Shown here piece by piece: positions 62,701 through 64,000 of a stretch of 64,000 bases of DNA. The notes under the pieces are model-generated. The model was not told the DNA's origin. It worked only from the letters and a program-made list of their open reading frames with translations, and ran no database searches. Both the position numbers and the translations under genes were made by a program. Source of the stretch: a virus; IMG/VR virus record IMGVR_UViG_3300022890_000011, positions 32,001 to 96,000 of that record, one strand, 5' to 3'. Within the stretch, counting starts at the first letter, position 1; each line of letters starts with the position of its first letter.

Positions 62701-63153
62701 ATATGAATCAGAAAATAGTTAATAAATTAAATAAAGCTGCTCATAAATTACATCAAAGGTCAATGTACGGTGCAGCTAATCATATTATAGTTAGCGAAGA
62801 ATATATGGAAGTTGTTCAATTGATGTTTGATATTCAAACAATAGAACAAAATATAATAGAAAGATTAAATGATAAGTGGAACAGTGATTAAAAAGTATAA
62901 AGAATTAGGTATTAGGTCTATTATGATTAATGGTAATGATACAATGTTTGTTTATATTGATGATTGGTATTTATTTAAAGATTGGTGTGATTTTCCATTC
63001 ATGGTTATTTCTACTGAAAAAAATTGGAATATGAATTCAATAACCAACAATCCTTGGAGTATTCAAATAGAAGATCCTGAAACTAAATTAAAACTTTTTG
63101 ATAGAAAACTCAGGAAGTTAAAAATAAAAAGAATTAAAAATGAAGAAATTTAA
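59722..63153 (+). CDS. Array of small overlapping ORFs, ten ending in an RKxK[LIM]xR[IVL] tag (59722, 60140, 60378, 60610, 60806, 61441, 61703, 62088, 62341, 62869)
   Basis: Translationally coupled ORFs with unrelated bodies and a shared basic C-terminus. Confidence 0.7.
61011..61169 (+). CDS. 52-aa ORF with major-capsid-like peptide (not in ORF track)
   Basis: MINREYYFDELWPEKPLPSPQGKIIYLDYVYPNFNIIEIEKNIIERLNGKLD*. Confidence 0.5.
   Translation: MINREYYFDELWPEKPLPSPQGKIIYLDYVYPNFNIIEIEKNIIERLNGKLD
62703..62891 (+). CDS. 62-aa ORF with major-capsid-like peptide
   Basis: KLNKAAHKLHQRSMYGAANHIIVS; C-terminal IEQNIIERLN shared with the 61011 ORF. Confidence 0.5.
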   Translation: MNQKIVNKLNKAAHKLHQRSMYGAANHIIVSEEYMEVVQLMFDIQTIEQNIIERLNDKWNSD

Positions 63154-63316
63154 AGTAACAAAAGGCAACGGAGAACCAGTAATCATGGAAGAAACTGAAA
63201 TTTATCCTATGATAGAACAAAGATCATCAGCATTTGCTGGTATGTTAAAAGGATTAAAGGTTGGAGAAGGAGTATATTCTAATGATACAATGACAAATTT
63301 CGAAAGAGTGGAATAA
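63140..63316 (+). CDS. Small hypothetical protein (58 aa, not in track)
   Basis: MKKFKVTKGNGEPVIMEE...FERVE*, coupled on both sides. Confidence 0.5.
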   Translation: MKKFKVTKGNGEPVIMEETEIYPMIEQRSSAFAGMLKGLKVGEGVYSNDTMTNFERVE

Positions 63317-63723
63317 TGAAACAGAATATTGAAATAGGAAATGGTCGAAGTTATCATGTTGACACATTTGACATGGTGGCTGATCCTTCTTTTAAAAATT
63401 CTACTTTAGGAGAAATTGAACATCCTGTACTATCATATACAGAACATTTAGCAAATTGTATTGAAACTAATATTTCATATAATGAGTATATCGTAGAACG
63501 AACGAAAATTAATATACCATATAAAGATAAACAAATATGGAAACCGTTGATTGAAGATTATGTTGATAAACCGTGTTCTTCTTTTTGTCAAGAAAAATTT
63601 TTCAAACAACCAATTAATTTCATTAAAAGTTTTTTTGTTAAAGAAAAAGTTGATTTTTCAATTAAAGATATTAGAAATAATGTTGAAAGAAATAGAAAAG
63701 AAATAAAAAACTTAGAATTATAA
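63316..63723 (+). CDS. Protein with prohead-protease-like peptide
   Basis: TFDMVADPSFKNSTL and LSYTEHLA/ISYNEYIVE segments. Confidence 0.45.
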   Translation: MKQNIEIGNGRSYHVDTFDMVADPSFKNSTLGEIEHPVLSYTEHLANCIETNISYNEYIVERTKINIPYKDKQIWKPLIEDYVDKPCSSFCQEKFFKQPINFIKSFFVKEKVDFSIKDIRNNVERNRKEIKNLEL

Positions 63724-64000
63724 TGGATAAGAATATTGAAGATTTACAAAAGAAATTAGAACAGTTCGGTATGTTATCTGAACCTAAAATAGAACACAAA
63801 GAAGAAAATATTCCACTTGAAAAAAAGTATATTTTTGCTGATGATAAAAATGCAATAATAGTTTCTTCTTCTAAGAAAGAATTTTTTAGAATTACCAATG
63901 AAGGTGAATTTATAGTTAATGGTGAAAAAATTGATGTAGATAAAGAATTTATACAATCTTTCACAATTGTATTAGAAGAGTTATTAGGAGAATCTCATGG
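63723..64000 (+). CDS. Hypothetical protein (partial, runs off right edge)
   Basis: MDKNIEDLQKKLEQFG... open to the window end. Confidence 0.5.
   Translation, partial: MDKNIEDLQKKLEQFGMLSEPKIEHKEENIPLEKKYIFADDKNAIIVSSSKKEFFRITNEGEFIVNGEKIDVDKEFIQSFTIVLEELLGESH

Overview
Very AT-rich, gene-dense 64 kb segment that reads as part of a jumbo/large tailed phage genome with T4-like head assembly. The host is probably Bacteroidota (three proteins end in the T9SS type-B 'gliding-motility' C-terminal domain). Recognisable genes: a tape-measure-like membrane protein running off the left edge, a WYL-like protein, a homing-type endonuclease, a RuvC-like resolvase, large baseplate/tail-type proteins, a YadA-like repeat fibre next to a sulfotransferase, a PspA-like coiled-coil pair, PPK2, DnaJ, two large PKD/SprB-repeat adhesin-like proteins, an Amidase_3 lysin, an LRR protein, a fused SbcD-SbcC (Mre11-Rad50) and three small RHH regulators. 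The main unexplained structure is a set of short terminal tags on otherwise unrelated proteins. About 30 ORFs start with a motif like the T4 capsid-targeting sequence (MK[YH]LKTYE / MKxFxxFxNE). Eleven end in [ML]-[GN]-[LI]-[LMIY]-stop, and 10 of those also carry the N-tag. A separate 12 small ORFs end in R-K-x-K-[LIM]-x-[RK]-[IVL] and never carry the N-tag. Tagged genes form head-to-tail arrays with repeated junction DNA, empty stubs and chimeras. The RKxKL array also contains tiny ORFs resembling isolated fragments of major capsid protein and prohead protease, possibly immune decoys. All family calls come from motif recognition by eye; no searches were run.
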